DNA of 35,048 bases, from the NCBI GenBank assembly GCA_964344235.1, contig CAYFMJ010000008.1, positions 1-35,048 on the forward strand, in the 5' to 3' direction. Source of the DNA: an uncultured Methanosarcinales archaeon (GTDB lineage Archaea > Nanobdellota > Nanobdellia > Woesearchaeales > GW2011-AR9). Positions 1 to 7,897 of the stretch are shown here, piece after piece. The notes beneath the pieces were generated by a model that saw nothing but the letters and a program-made list of their open reading frames with translations, was not told where the DNA came from and made no database searches. Each line of letters starts with the position of its first letter. Positions within the stretch are counted from its first letter, which is position 1. The position numbers were made by a program, and so were the translations under genes.

Positions 1-75
1 AGCTAAGAAATGTGTAGTAGTTTCGTGTTGTGTAGCAGTTTCGGGATATTAGAATACGCACAAATAGGCGATATA

Positions 76-83
76 TTTATAAA
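76..83 (+). promoter_or_regulatory. TATA box of rps8e, representative of a window-wide pattern
   Basis: TTTATAAA lies 22 nt upstream of ATG106. Similar A/T boxes precede purF, the NUDIX gene, the RsmB/NOP2 gene, rel, DUF1385, rnhC, the HIT pair and others at similar spacing. Confidence 0.7.
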
Positions 84-105
84 GAGGTTATTATCCAAGA
101 TTACC

Positions 106-483
106 ATGGCACGATCACAAGACAGATCTCAGAGAAAAGCGTCAGGTGGACGATACTGGCAAGCTCGAACAAAAAAGAAGTTTGAATTAGCTGGTTTCGC
201 TGCAAATACGAAAGTTGATGAGAAGAGTAAGGTACGAAGTAAAAGAGTGATTGGTGGGAATGCTAAGCAGTCTTTACTTACAGTGAAAGAAGTGAACGTA
301 ACCGATACAAAAGGTAAGACACAAAAAGCTGTGATTGAGAACGTTATTGAAAACCCAGCGAACCCTAACTTAGTGGGACGAAACATTGTGACGAAAGGAG
401 CAGTTGTTGAGACTAAATTGGGAAAAGTTAAAGTTACATCACGACCTGGTCAGGAAGCGGTTGTGAATGGTGTATTAATTTAG
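106..483 (+). CDS. rps8e: 30S ribosomal protein S8e
   Basis: MARSQDRSQRKASGGRY...ENPANPNLVGRNIVTKGAVVET...VTSRPGQEAVVNGVLI is typical eS8. Start moved to ATG106, which lies 22 nt after a TTTATAAA box. Confidence 0.97.
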   Translation: MARSQDRSQRKASGGRYWQARTKKKFELAGFAANTKVDEKSKVRSKRVIGGNAKQSLLTVKEVNVTDTKGKTQKAVIENVIENPANPNLVGRNIVTKGAVVETKLGKVKVTSRPGQEAVVNGVLI

Positions 484-538
484 ATATATCTTTTCTAGTA
501 TGTAAATGTATTAAAAGTTATTTTATGTTTTAACTTCT

Positions 539-1903
539 ATGTGTGGGATAGTAGGTGTTTACAACGTTGAAGAAGCAGCAGCATTTGCCCGAGAGATTCT
601 ATTACAATTACAGCACCGAGGACAGGAAGCAGTAGGGATTGCAACATCTCATGAAGGTGTTGTCCATGCACGGAGAAAAGCGGGAGATGTGCGAAATGGG
701 TTTGGTACGCCAGTACAGCTAGAGAGGCTTGTAGGAAGTGCTGCCATTGGGCACGTACGGTATTCCACCGCAGGTAAGAAAGGAAATGGAGAAGCAAATA
801 GACAACCGCTAGCCTGGAGTAAAACTGCGTTGGCAGTGAATGGCAATCTTACAAATGCCGGTAGCTTACGAGAAAAACTGGAAGGTGGAGGCGCTTTATT
901 TAGTACACCAGATAGTGATTCTGAAGTTATTGCACACCTTGTAGGAAGGTCATTAGAAGATTCTTTAGAAGGAAAATTTCAAGATGCATTGTCTCATGTA
1001 CAAGGCGCATATTCCCTCGTTGCGTTGTGGAACGGTAATCTGGTCGTTGCGAGGGACCCCCGTGGTTATCGGCCCCTTGCTATAGGGAGATTACGTGAGG
1101 GATACATTGTGAGTTCAGAGGAAGTTACTTTACGTAATATTAAAGCGACAGATATTCACTCTGTGGGGTGTGGAGAATTAATTGTTATTGGAGAAGAAGG
1201 TCTACAAAGTTATTCATTTCCACAAGAAACGCAAAGACAGCATTGCCTTATGGAAGAGATTTATTTTTCTCGACCAGACACAAGAGCGTTTGACCCAACA
1301 AAAGAAACTGCGTTGATTCGAACAGAACATGGTAGGCGCTTAGCAAAAGAGCAGCCGGCGGATGCAGATATTGTTATCTGTGTCCCTGATTCAGGGAGGT
1401 ATGCTGCTCAAGGATACGCTACTGAGAGTGGCATCCCTTATGTTGAAGGTTTTATGCGGAATAGAAATGCCGGAAGAAGTTTTATTGAGCCAACACAAGA
1501 TGATAGAGAATTAACTGTGTTGCGGAAACAGTCGCCAATTAAAGGCCTAATTGAAGGAAAGCGCGTTGTTGTTGTTGATGATTCTCTTGTGCGTGGAACG
1601 ACTTCGAGAACCATTGTCAAAATGCTATATGATGCTGGCGCAGCAGAAGTACACATGAGAATTGCTTCTCCCCCGATAAGATATTCTTGTTTCTACGGCT
1701 TAGACACACCAACAAGGGAAGAACTGATCGCCTCCGACAAAGAAGTTGCAGAGATCAGAGAATTTATTGGAGCAGATTCTCTAGGGTATCTGAGTTTAGG
1801 CGCAACACAGGGGCCAGTCCAAGGCGATAATTATTGCCATGCTTGCTTCTCGGGCAGGTATGCAAATAATTTAGGTGATTTTAAGGGCATAGCTATTCGG
1901 TAA
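539..1903 (+). CDS. purF: Amidophosphoribosyltransferase (Fe-S type)
   Basis: N-terminal MCGIVG with Ntn nucleophile Cys, LQHRGQE, GHVRYST, PRPP loop VVVDDSLVRGTTS, and Fe-S-type Cys in CLMEEIYF, SCFYG and CHACFSG. Confidence 0.97.
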   Translation: MCGIVGVYNVEEAAAFAREILLQLQHRGQEAVGIATSHEGVVHARRKAGDVRNGFGTPVQLERLVGSAAIGHVRYSTAGKKGNGEANRQPLAWSKTALAVNGNLTNAGSLREKLEGGGALFSTPDSDSEVIAHLVGRSLEDSLEGKFQDALSHVQGAYSLVALWNGNLVVARDPRGYRPLAIGRLREGYIVSSEEVTLRNIKATDIHSVGCGELIVIGEEGLQSYSFPQETQRQHCLMEEIYFSRPDTRAFDPTKETALIRTEHGRRLAKEQPADADIVICVPDSGRYAAQGYATESGIPYVEGFMRNRNAGRSFIEPTQDDRELTVLRKQSPIKGLIEGKRVVVVDDSLVRGTTSRTIVKMLYDAGAAEVHMRIASPPIRYSCFYGLDTPTREELIASDKEVAEIREFIGADSLGYLSLGATQGPVQGDNYCHACFSGRYANNLGDFKGIAIR

Positions 1904-1978
1904 ACCCACAACCCACTCGACAACCACGGGTAGAGTATATAAACGAGTTTCTTCACTAAGAATGTCGAGGTGATACCC

Positions 1979-2098
1979 ATGGTAGATCTGAGCACAACGA
2001 CAATTCGACGGTTATTTGAGAAACAAGTCAGAGACTTGACACGACGAACGATTATCCATAAAGAGGATTCGTTCGATGTACAATTTGGTAGGTGGTAA
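1979..2098 (+). CDS. Small protein, 39 aa (MVDLSTTTIRRLFEKQVRDLTRRTIIHKEDSFDVQFGRW)
   Basis: TATATAAA at about 1936-1943 and SD-like GAGGTGAT just before ATG1979. Below the ORF-track length cutoff. Confidence 0.55.
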   Translation: MVDLSTTTIRRLFEKQVRDLTRRTIIHKEDSFDVQFGRW

Positions 2099-2199
2099 TG
2101 ATGAATATGAAACAAAGAATTACGGAATTACTGGCAGTGTATGAGAATAAGCAAACTTACATTGATGATTACACTTTTTCTTGCCTTACACCTCTTTGA
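2098..2199 (+). CDS. Small protein, 33 aa (MMNMKQRITELLAVYENKQTYIDDYTFSCLTPL)
   Basis: TAATG overlap with the upstream small ORF, preceded by SD-like AGGTGG. Confidence 0.45.
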   Translation: MMNMKQRITELLAVYENKQTYIDDYTFSCLTPL

Positions 2200-2217
2200 A
2201 AGAGAACACACACCTTT

Positions 2218-2246
2218 GGGGGAACGATGTTCCCCCGCTTTTTCTT
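2218..2246 (+). terminator. Hairpin plus T-tract
   Basis: GGGGGAAC-GAT-GTTCCCCC stem followed by GCTTTTTCTT, just after the small-ORF pair. Confidence 0.6.
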
Positions 2247-2283
2247 CATAATATTCTTAAATGGTAGTGAAATCCCTGTGTGA

Positions 2284-2847
2284 ATGGAGGTTTTAACAGA
2301 GAAAACAGCTCGTGAGAGAAGAGTCGAATTAGTGGAGAAGATACAAGAAGGAGTATTATTTATCCATCCAACCGATACAATTTACGGTATCGGTTGTAAT
2401 GCATTAGATGAAAAGGCTGTCGCGAAGTTACGAGAAGCGAGAGAAAGGCCAACGTCCCCCCTATCAATTTGGGTGCCTTCATTAGATTGGGTGAAAGAGA
2501 ACTGTGTCGTTGAAGGAAAAGCGCAAGAGTGGATTGATAAGCTACCGGGGCCGTATACGATTATTGTGCCAATGAAAGAAAATGTGGTGGCTAAAAATGT
2601 TGCGCCAGGGTTAGATAAAGTGGGGATTCGATTTCCAAATCATTGGTTTAGTGAAATAGTAACGTTATGTGACTTGCCGATTGTGACGACGTCTGCCAAT
2701 AAAGCTGGAGAGAAATTTATGACTGTTCTTGATAATCTCGATCCAGATATTGAGAAAGCAGTTGAATTTATGGTATATGAAGGAGAGAAGGAAGGAAGAC
2801 CGAGTAAAATAATCCATTGTGATCCAGACAGGATCATCGAACGTTAG
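2284..2847 (+). CDS. sua5: L-threonylcarbamoyladenylate synthase (YrdC/TsaC/Sua5 catalytic domain only)
   Basis: FIHPTDTIYGIGC, PGPYT, VGIRFP, PIVTTSAN motifs. No Sua5 C-terminal domain. Confidence 0.93.
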   Translation: MEVLTEKTARERRVELVEKIQEGVLFIHPTDTIYGIGCNALDEKAVAKLREARERPTSPLSIWVPSLDWVKENCVVEGKAQEWIDKLPGPYTIIVPMKENVVAKNVAPGLDKVGIRFPNHWFSEIVTLCDLPIVTTSANKAGEKFMTVLDNLDPDIEKAVEFMVYEGEKEGRPSKIIHCDPDRIIER

Positions 2848-2860
2848 TTGTTACTCCCGA

Positions 2861-3406
2861 GTGAGAAAGTTTTATATAGAACACGTTCAATTTGTTGAAT
2901 ATGGGAAACGATATATTTTCAGCCTTTTTCCGGTTTGGAAGAGGAATGGGACAGTTATCTTTGAGAATGGTAGCGCTTACTCCATTTTGTCCGTGACCCC
3001 CGCAGTTCCAGGCCATGCACTTGTGATTCCAAAAAGACATGTAGAAAATCTACAAGACTTAAGAGGGAAGGAATTAGAAGATTTTGTTGATGCTTTACCG
3101 GGAACTAAAGATGCAATTCGAGAGTTATACAAAGGAGATGCTAGTAGAATTGTCGAATTTTATCAGGGTTTAGTTAGCAACCCGCCAATACCAATCTCAA
3201 GGGATTTGGGTGAAATGATGTTAGGACATGAGGACTTAAGAGTTCCCCCTGATGAGATTGCCTACAATATTGGGATAAATGTTGGAGAATATGCTGGGCA
3301 AATGGTAAACCATTTTCATGCACAGTTGTTTCCTCGAAGAGAAAGAGGGGCAGGGATTGTTACGATGGTGCGTAGTTATCTCTCTCCAGATTCAAGAGAA
3401 ACTTAA
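2861..3406 (+). CDS. HIT-superfamily nucleotide hydrolase/transferase with HxHxQ motif (start uncertain)
   Basis: PAVPGHALVIPKRH and YNIGINVGEYAGQMVNHFHAQLFPR, with an insertion of about 45 aa. In-frame starts are GTG2819 or GTG2861. Confidence 0.85.
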   Translation: MRKFYIEHVQFVEYGKRYIFSLFPVWKRNGTVIFENGSAYSILSVTPAVPGHALVIPKRHVENLQDLRGKELEDFVDALPGTKDAIRELYKGDASRIVEFYQGLVSNPPIPISRDLGEMMLGHEDLRVPPDEIAYNIGINVGEYAGQMVNHFHAQLFPRRERGAGIVTMVRSYLSPDSRET

Positions 3407-4449
3407 ATCCTCATTTTTTCGCCATCGACGTAATACGTTGGGCTCTTAAAGACTTGATCACCATGGAAGATTGTTTTGATATCACCGCCAAACCAATAAT
3501 TGCTGCCAAAGGCAATATGGCCAGTGCCCATCACTTTCTCGTCCATGATCATTGATCCAATTAATACAGAACCGGGGTTAATGCCAACGCCGAGTTCCCC
3601 CACCAAACGGACTCGGTGAGGACATTTTGCGCGGTCTTCAAATTTTTGAAATGTTTTTTCTAACAAATGAGCGTGTTTACCTTCTAACTTGGTAACAGCA
3701 CCATCTTTAACGTGGACAGTTACCGGTTCGTCTAGTAGGAATGCACCCTCAGCTGTTTTCATGCTGCCGTCAATAACGAAAACACCATTAACTCCTGTTA
3801 AGCCACGTGGAGGGATGTAGACTTCCCCCGCAGGGATGTTTCCTCCAGTTCCAGGTTCATGGTACTCGCCAATATTGGGGATGGCTTGCATGCCCTCAAC
3901 GTCAAAAGTAATGTCTGTACCGGCTTGTGTTGTTACGCGAATTGTTTTTGCTTTATCCCATCTCTTTTTGATAGCCATACCTTTCTTTTTCATACGGGAA
4001 TAATTAATGGACATTGCTTCCATGAATAATTCAAAGTAACTGGTCTTTACATCACCCAAACCAGTTGCTGATGAGAAACGGTGCTTCTGATTTTTACAGA
4101 ACGTTCGGAAACTTTTCTCCAATCCGAATCTTCCTAATTTGTTAGAGACACAGACAATAACAATATTTCCCTGATCTAATTTTTGGATTGCCCTAACGAC
4201 ATGTTCATCGGCATGCATGAAGCCTTTCTTTGGTTCTTGGAATAGGATACTGACGTTAAGGCCTTTCTTTTTTGCGGCATGGTAATAGCCATAGCCAAGC
4301 ATTGTTGCGAGAGTGTTATCTCCATTGCCATAATCGCTGATGATGAGAATCTCTTCGTTTTTTACTTTCAGACAGTTTTTCATAATTTTGTAAAATTTGC
4401 TACTTTGTTTCTCTACTTTTGATGTTAATTCTGAAGGAAGACCAAACAT
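3403..4449 (-). CDS. Peptidase M29-like aminopeptidase
   Basis: NIPAGEVYIPP, GELGVGINP, DEKVMGTGHIAFG and FHGDQV carry the M29 metal-ligand pattern. Confidence 0.85.
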   Translation of the reverse strand: MFGLPSELTSKVEKQSSKFYKIMKNCLKVKNEEILIISDYGNGDNTLATMLGYGYYHAAKKKGLNVSILFQEPKKGFMHADEHVVRAIQKLDQGNIVIVCVSNKLGRFGLEKSFRTFCKNQKHRFSSATGLGDVKTSYFELFMEAMSINYSRMKKKGMAIKKRWDKAKTIRVTTQAGTDITFDVEGMQAIPNIGEYHEPGTGGNIPAGEVYIPPRGLTGVNGVFVIDGSMKTAEGAFLLDEPVTVHVKDGAVTKLEGKHAHLLEKTFQKFEDRAKCPHRVRLVGELGVGINPGSVLIGSMIMDEKVMGTGHIAFGSNYWFGGDIKTIFHGDQVFKSPTYYVDGEKMRI

Positions 4450-4500
4450 AGAGTGATTGTATAGTAAGAGATTAAAAAGATTGTTGTTTGGGAGAAGTGA

Positions 4501-4851
4501 TTAATCGTCGCTGCTAATGATCTGAAAGAGGGTGTGATAAATCTCCCAAAATGCGGAAGTAGTGTTTGTGGCTAGCCACGTTAAAGCCATACCACTTGCC
4601 AAAGTACCGTCGGAATCTGTGAAATAATCAATGCCACCCTTTATCATTACGCCCATGGTTAGCCAAAGAGAAACGCCAAAGCCCTTATTGTACATTACCG
4701 TTGCAATGTCTGCTACATCTTCTCTTAGGCTTTCTCTCTGTAGGTAGAAAAGGTTATCAGCAGTGAAGCGAGCATATAATCGAGCAGCACCTTGAGCGAA
4801 GGGGTTGATGTATGCGTCTTCCCAGAGTTCTATTCGCTCAAGCAGATTCAT
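4501..4851 (-). CDS. Hypothetical protein, possibly membrane-associated
   Basis: 116-aa ORF overlapping the upstream methyltransferase stop, with two weakly hydrophobic segments. Confidence 0.6.
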   Translation of the reverse strand: MNLLERIELWEDAYINPFAQGAARLYARFTADNLFYLQRESLREDVADIATVMYNKGFGVSLWLTMGVMIKGGIDYFTDSDGTLASGMALTWLATNTTSAFWEIYHTLFQIISSDD

Positions 4852-5797
4852 TTTTCTTTATTTTTGCAATAAAAAAGCCTTCCGTGTCATTATCCTGCGG
4901 CCAGAGACGGACGGTGTATTTGACCTGTGTGTTGAATTGGATGCCTTTGAATTCCACTATTGGAGGTTTGTGTTTCAAGCCAGGAAGTTTTATAGGGAGA
5001 ACTTTTGCATTTGGGTGTTTTTCTGTTAAGAGGTGGACGATTGCTTCGTTCTCTTCTGGTTCTAAAGAACATGTAGAGTAGACAAGTTCTCCACCGGGTT
5101 TGAGGTTGTTGAAAGCGTTCTCTAAGAGTTTGATTTGTTGTCGTGCAATTTTTTTTATCATTCCTTCATTCCAGATTTGAATTGTTTTGAGACTTTTTCT
5201 GATTGTACCTGTACCACTGCAGGGAGCATCTACGAGAATTTTATCAAATTGAAATTCTTTGAATCTCTCGCCAGACATTTTGGTAACGATAACGTTCGTG
5301 ATACCGGATCTCTGGAGGTTGATTCCAAGAGATTGTAGACGTTGACCTTTGTAATCGTTTGCTATTAAGAGGCCCTGATTCTTCATCATCGCTGCCATTT
5401 GCGTTGTTTTACTACCGGGGGCAGCGCACATATCTAGAACAATCTCTCCTGGTTTTGGTTGCAAAGCAAGTGGCGGGATCATCGAAGCTGCTTCCTGTAC
5501 GTAGATTTTGCCGAGATGATGTTCAAGAAGATTTCCAACATCTCTCCGTTCTTCATTGGTGATCCAAAACCCTTCTTTACACCACGGGATTGGTTGTAAT
5601 TTCCAGCCTTTTGCTTCAATTGATTTCTTTGTTTCTTTGACTGTTGTTCTGAGAGTGTTGATTCTGATGGAACGTGTAAGAAAAGAGAGGGAGTATTTTT
5701 TGAAGTCTTCCCAATTGGTGAGCTGTTCATATCTCGCTTTGAATTTAGGTTTGAATTTTATTGCATCTGAGTTTGTGATGGGTTCTAATTCTGGCAT
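4838..5797 (-). CDS. RsmB/NOP2/Fmu family RNA m5C methyltransferase
   Basis: YVQEAASM, VLDMCAAPGSKT, LVDAPCSG (motif IV), VYSTCS (motif VI), EGFFIAK. Confidence 0.96.
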   Translation of the reverse strand: MPELEPITNSDAIKFKPKFKARYEQLTNWEDFKKYSLSFLTRSIRINTLRTTVKETKKSIEAKGWKLQPIPWCKEGFWITNEERRDVGNLLEHHLGKIYVQEAASMIPPLALQPKPGEIVLDMCAAPGSKTTQMAAMMKNQGLLIANDYKGQRLQSLGINLQRSGITNVIVTKMSGERFKEFQFDKILVDAPCSGTGTIRKSLKTIQIWNEGMIKKIARQQIKLLENAFNNLKPGGELVYSTCSLEPEENEAIVHLLTEKHPNAKVLPIKLPGLKHKPPIVEFKGIQFNTQVKYTVRLWPQDNDTEGFFIAKIKKNESA

Positions 5798-5829
5798 AGA
5801 TTGAAAGAGAGAGTGGTTTTTATAAGGTT

Positions 5830-6297
5830 TTAGCTAGAGAATGATTTTCCGAGGATGAAACAGGTTTCGTTCCACCGGTAGTGGTTCTTGAGTTCTGCTT
5901 CTTGAGTATAGCCATGTTGTTTATAGAAATCAATACCTTGTTCTGTTTCGGCAATTGTCAATTCGATTTTAGCAGTCTGTGATTTTTCTTTAATGGTGTT
6001 TTCTGCATGTGTCAATAATTCAGCTGCAATCGTTTCGTTGATGAATGCGAAATGTCTGAATTTCCAGCGTGTGTGGGAATTGTCAGTGCTTTTTCCTAGT
6101 AAGACAATGATGAGAGCACCAAGAATTTTGCCATCCTGTTCGTAGATGAGGAAATCCTCCCGTTCTAATGTTTCCTTACGAAGGTATGCTGTAATGATAT
6201 CAGCATCCTGTTGAAATCTATTGTGGGTAGGGAAGAATTCTTTATACAGTGTGATAAGTTGTTCATAATCGGAATCTTGGATTAAGCGGATAGTCAT
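5830..6297 (-). CDS. GNAT family N-acetyltransferase
   Basis: GNAT-like pattern FLIYEQDGKILG...IDFYKQHGYTQEAELKNHYRW. Confidence 0.75.
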   Translation of the reverse strand: MTIRLIQDSDYEQLITLYKEFFPTHNRFQQDADIITAYLRKETLEREDFLIYEQDGKILGALIIVLLGKSTDNSHTRWKFRHFAFINETIAAELLTHAENTIKEKSQTAKIELTIAETEQGIDFYKQHGYTQEAELKNHYRWNETCFILGKSFSS

Positions 6298-6368
6298 AGC
6301 TTTTGAGAGAGCTAGACTTTTTTAAATTTTAGGGTAATATTTAAGAAAAATGAGGCAAAATAAGTAGT

Positions 6369-6821
6369 ATGGACCAAAAAAGAGCAGCATCAGCAATTAT
6401 CTTTAACTTGGAGGGCGAAGTGCTATTTGCACGAAGAGGACCAAATAAAAGACCGTTTCCAGGAGTATAGTCACTGCCCTCATCTTATGTTAGGGGTGAA
6501 GGGGACCCAGTTGATTACCTCGTTGCAGCTACAAAAAGAAAATTAGGAATTGATATTGCAACTGTGGAAGTATTGGGAGAAATGCGTGCCCTACAGGCTG
6601 ATTATGAGCTTCACATGGTTGATTATGTCGCATGGATTTTGGAAGGCACACCAGTACCTGACGGAGAGAATTTTACAGAAGTGGATTACTTTGATCCGCT
6701 TGCAAGACTTGGGCATTTAGACCGATCAAAAATGGGGCTTTGTACTCAAACACTTCTGAGAGAGTTGGAACGTGATCCGTTGTTATGGCAGAGATATGCT
6801 ATTAGAGAACCAACTGCTTAA
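6369..6821 (+). pseudogene. NUDIX-fold protein interrupted by an in-frame TAG
   Basis: MDQKRAASAIIFNLEGEVLFARRGPNKRPFPGV*SLPSS continues in frame into ORF 6564-6821. TAG at 6468-6470 sits where NUDIX proteins have W (PGxWxLP). Confidence 0.8.
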
Positions 6822-6883
6822 TTCTTAATCAAAAAGTTATATAAACCAAAACAATTTACAAATACCATACAAGAGGTGTTGAA

Positions 6884-7897
6884 ATGGTTAGAGTTGCTAT
6901 CAATGGATTCGGAAGAATTGGCAGGATGATGCTGCGAGCAGGGTTTAATGATAAAAAATTAAATGTGGTAGCAGTAAACGATTTAACTGATACAAAAACA
7001 TTAGCGCACCTCTTCAAATACGATTCTGTGCATGGAACGTTTCCGGGAAAAGTGAGTTTTACAAAAAATTCTTTAACAATTGGCAAGAGAAAAATCAAAG
7101 TATTTGCTGAGAAAGATCCCGCACAATTACCGTGGAAAGATCTTAAAATCGATGTGGTTGTTGAAAGTACGGGACGGTTTAGAGATCCCAAAGCTGCAGC
7201 GGCCCATTTAACTGCAGGTGCGAGAAAAGTTCTTCTGTCAGCAACGTTTAGATCAAAAGAGGGTAAGGTGCCAAGTCATGCGATTACGGTAGTGAAGGGA
7301 GTTAATCATACAAAATATAACAGAAAGAAACATACCATCGTTTCCAACGCCTCTTGTACAACAAACAACGTTGCACCGGTGTTGAAAGTTATTCAAGAAA
7401 AAGTAGGGATTAAGAGGTGTTCATTCAATACTATTCATGGATACACCTCTAGTCAAAGAATTGTTGATTTGCCGCATAAAGATTTACGACGAGCTCGAGC
7501 TGCCGCTATTAACATTGTCCCTACAAGTACAAGTGCTGATAAAGCTGCAGTATTAACACTGCCTGGTTTGAAAGGGAAGTTAAGAGGGTTTGCATTCAGA
7601 GTTCCGATAGTCAATGGGAGTGTGACTGAATTTACTATTGAAACGAATAAATCAGTAACGGTTGACGGCGTAAACAAATGGTTTGCGGGTGCTGCACGGG
7701 GAAAAATGAAAAGTGTTATTGCATACTCTGCTGAGGAGTTAGTGTCGACAGATATTATTGGGAATCCACATTGTGCTATTTTTGATTCAAAATTAACAAC
7801 CGTTGTTGATAAAAAGCTGCTACACGTTGTAGCGTGGTATGACAACGAGTGGGGTTACAGTAATCGAATGGTGGAACTGATTAAGCACATTGCGTGA
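6884..7897 (+). CDS. gap: Type I (bacterial/eukaryotic class) glyceraldehyde-3-phosphate dehydrogenase
   Basis: INGFGRIGR, SNASCTTN (catalytic Cys), TIHGYT (catalytic His), AFRVP, WYDNEWGYS. SD GAGGTG upstream. Confidence 0.96.
   Translation: MVRVAINGFGRIGRMMLRAGFNDKKLNVVAVNDLTDTKTLAHLFKYDSVHGTFPGKVSFTKNSLTIGKRKIKVFAEKDPAQLPWKDLKIDVVVESTGRFRDPKAAAAHLTAGARKVLLSATFRSKEGKVPSHAITVVKGVNHTKYNRKKHTIVSNASCTTNNVAPVLKVIQEKVGIKRCSFNTIHGYTSSQRIVDLPHKDLRRARAAAINIVPTSTSADKAAVLTLPGLKGKLRGFAFRVPIVNGSVTEFTIETNKSVTVDGVNKWFAGAARGKMKSVIAYSAEELVSTDIIGNPHCAIFDSKLTTVVDKKLLHVVAWYDNEWGYSNRMVELIKHIA

Noticed and set aside
10-105. N-terminal extension of the S8e ORF from GTG/ATG at 10
   Set aside because: eS8 homology starts at ATG106, and the extension contains the TATA box.
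1904-1915. ACCCACAACC shared with about 25928-25937, near both small-ORF units
   Set aside because: Only 10 nt and in different relative positions, so compatible with chance.
129-2115. Minus-strand ORFs 129-386, 537-797, 649-846, 1438-1656 and 1831-2115
   Set aside because: They are antisense shadows of rps8e, purF and the small-ORF unit, with no motifs.
6468-6470. Genome-wide amber recoding or pyrrolysine use
   Set aside because: TAG ends several conserved genes at their expected C-termini (rps8e, sua5, eno, cca), and no pyl genes are visible.
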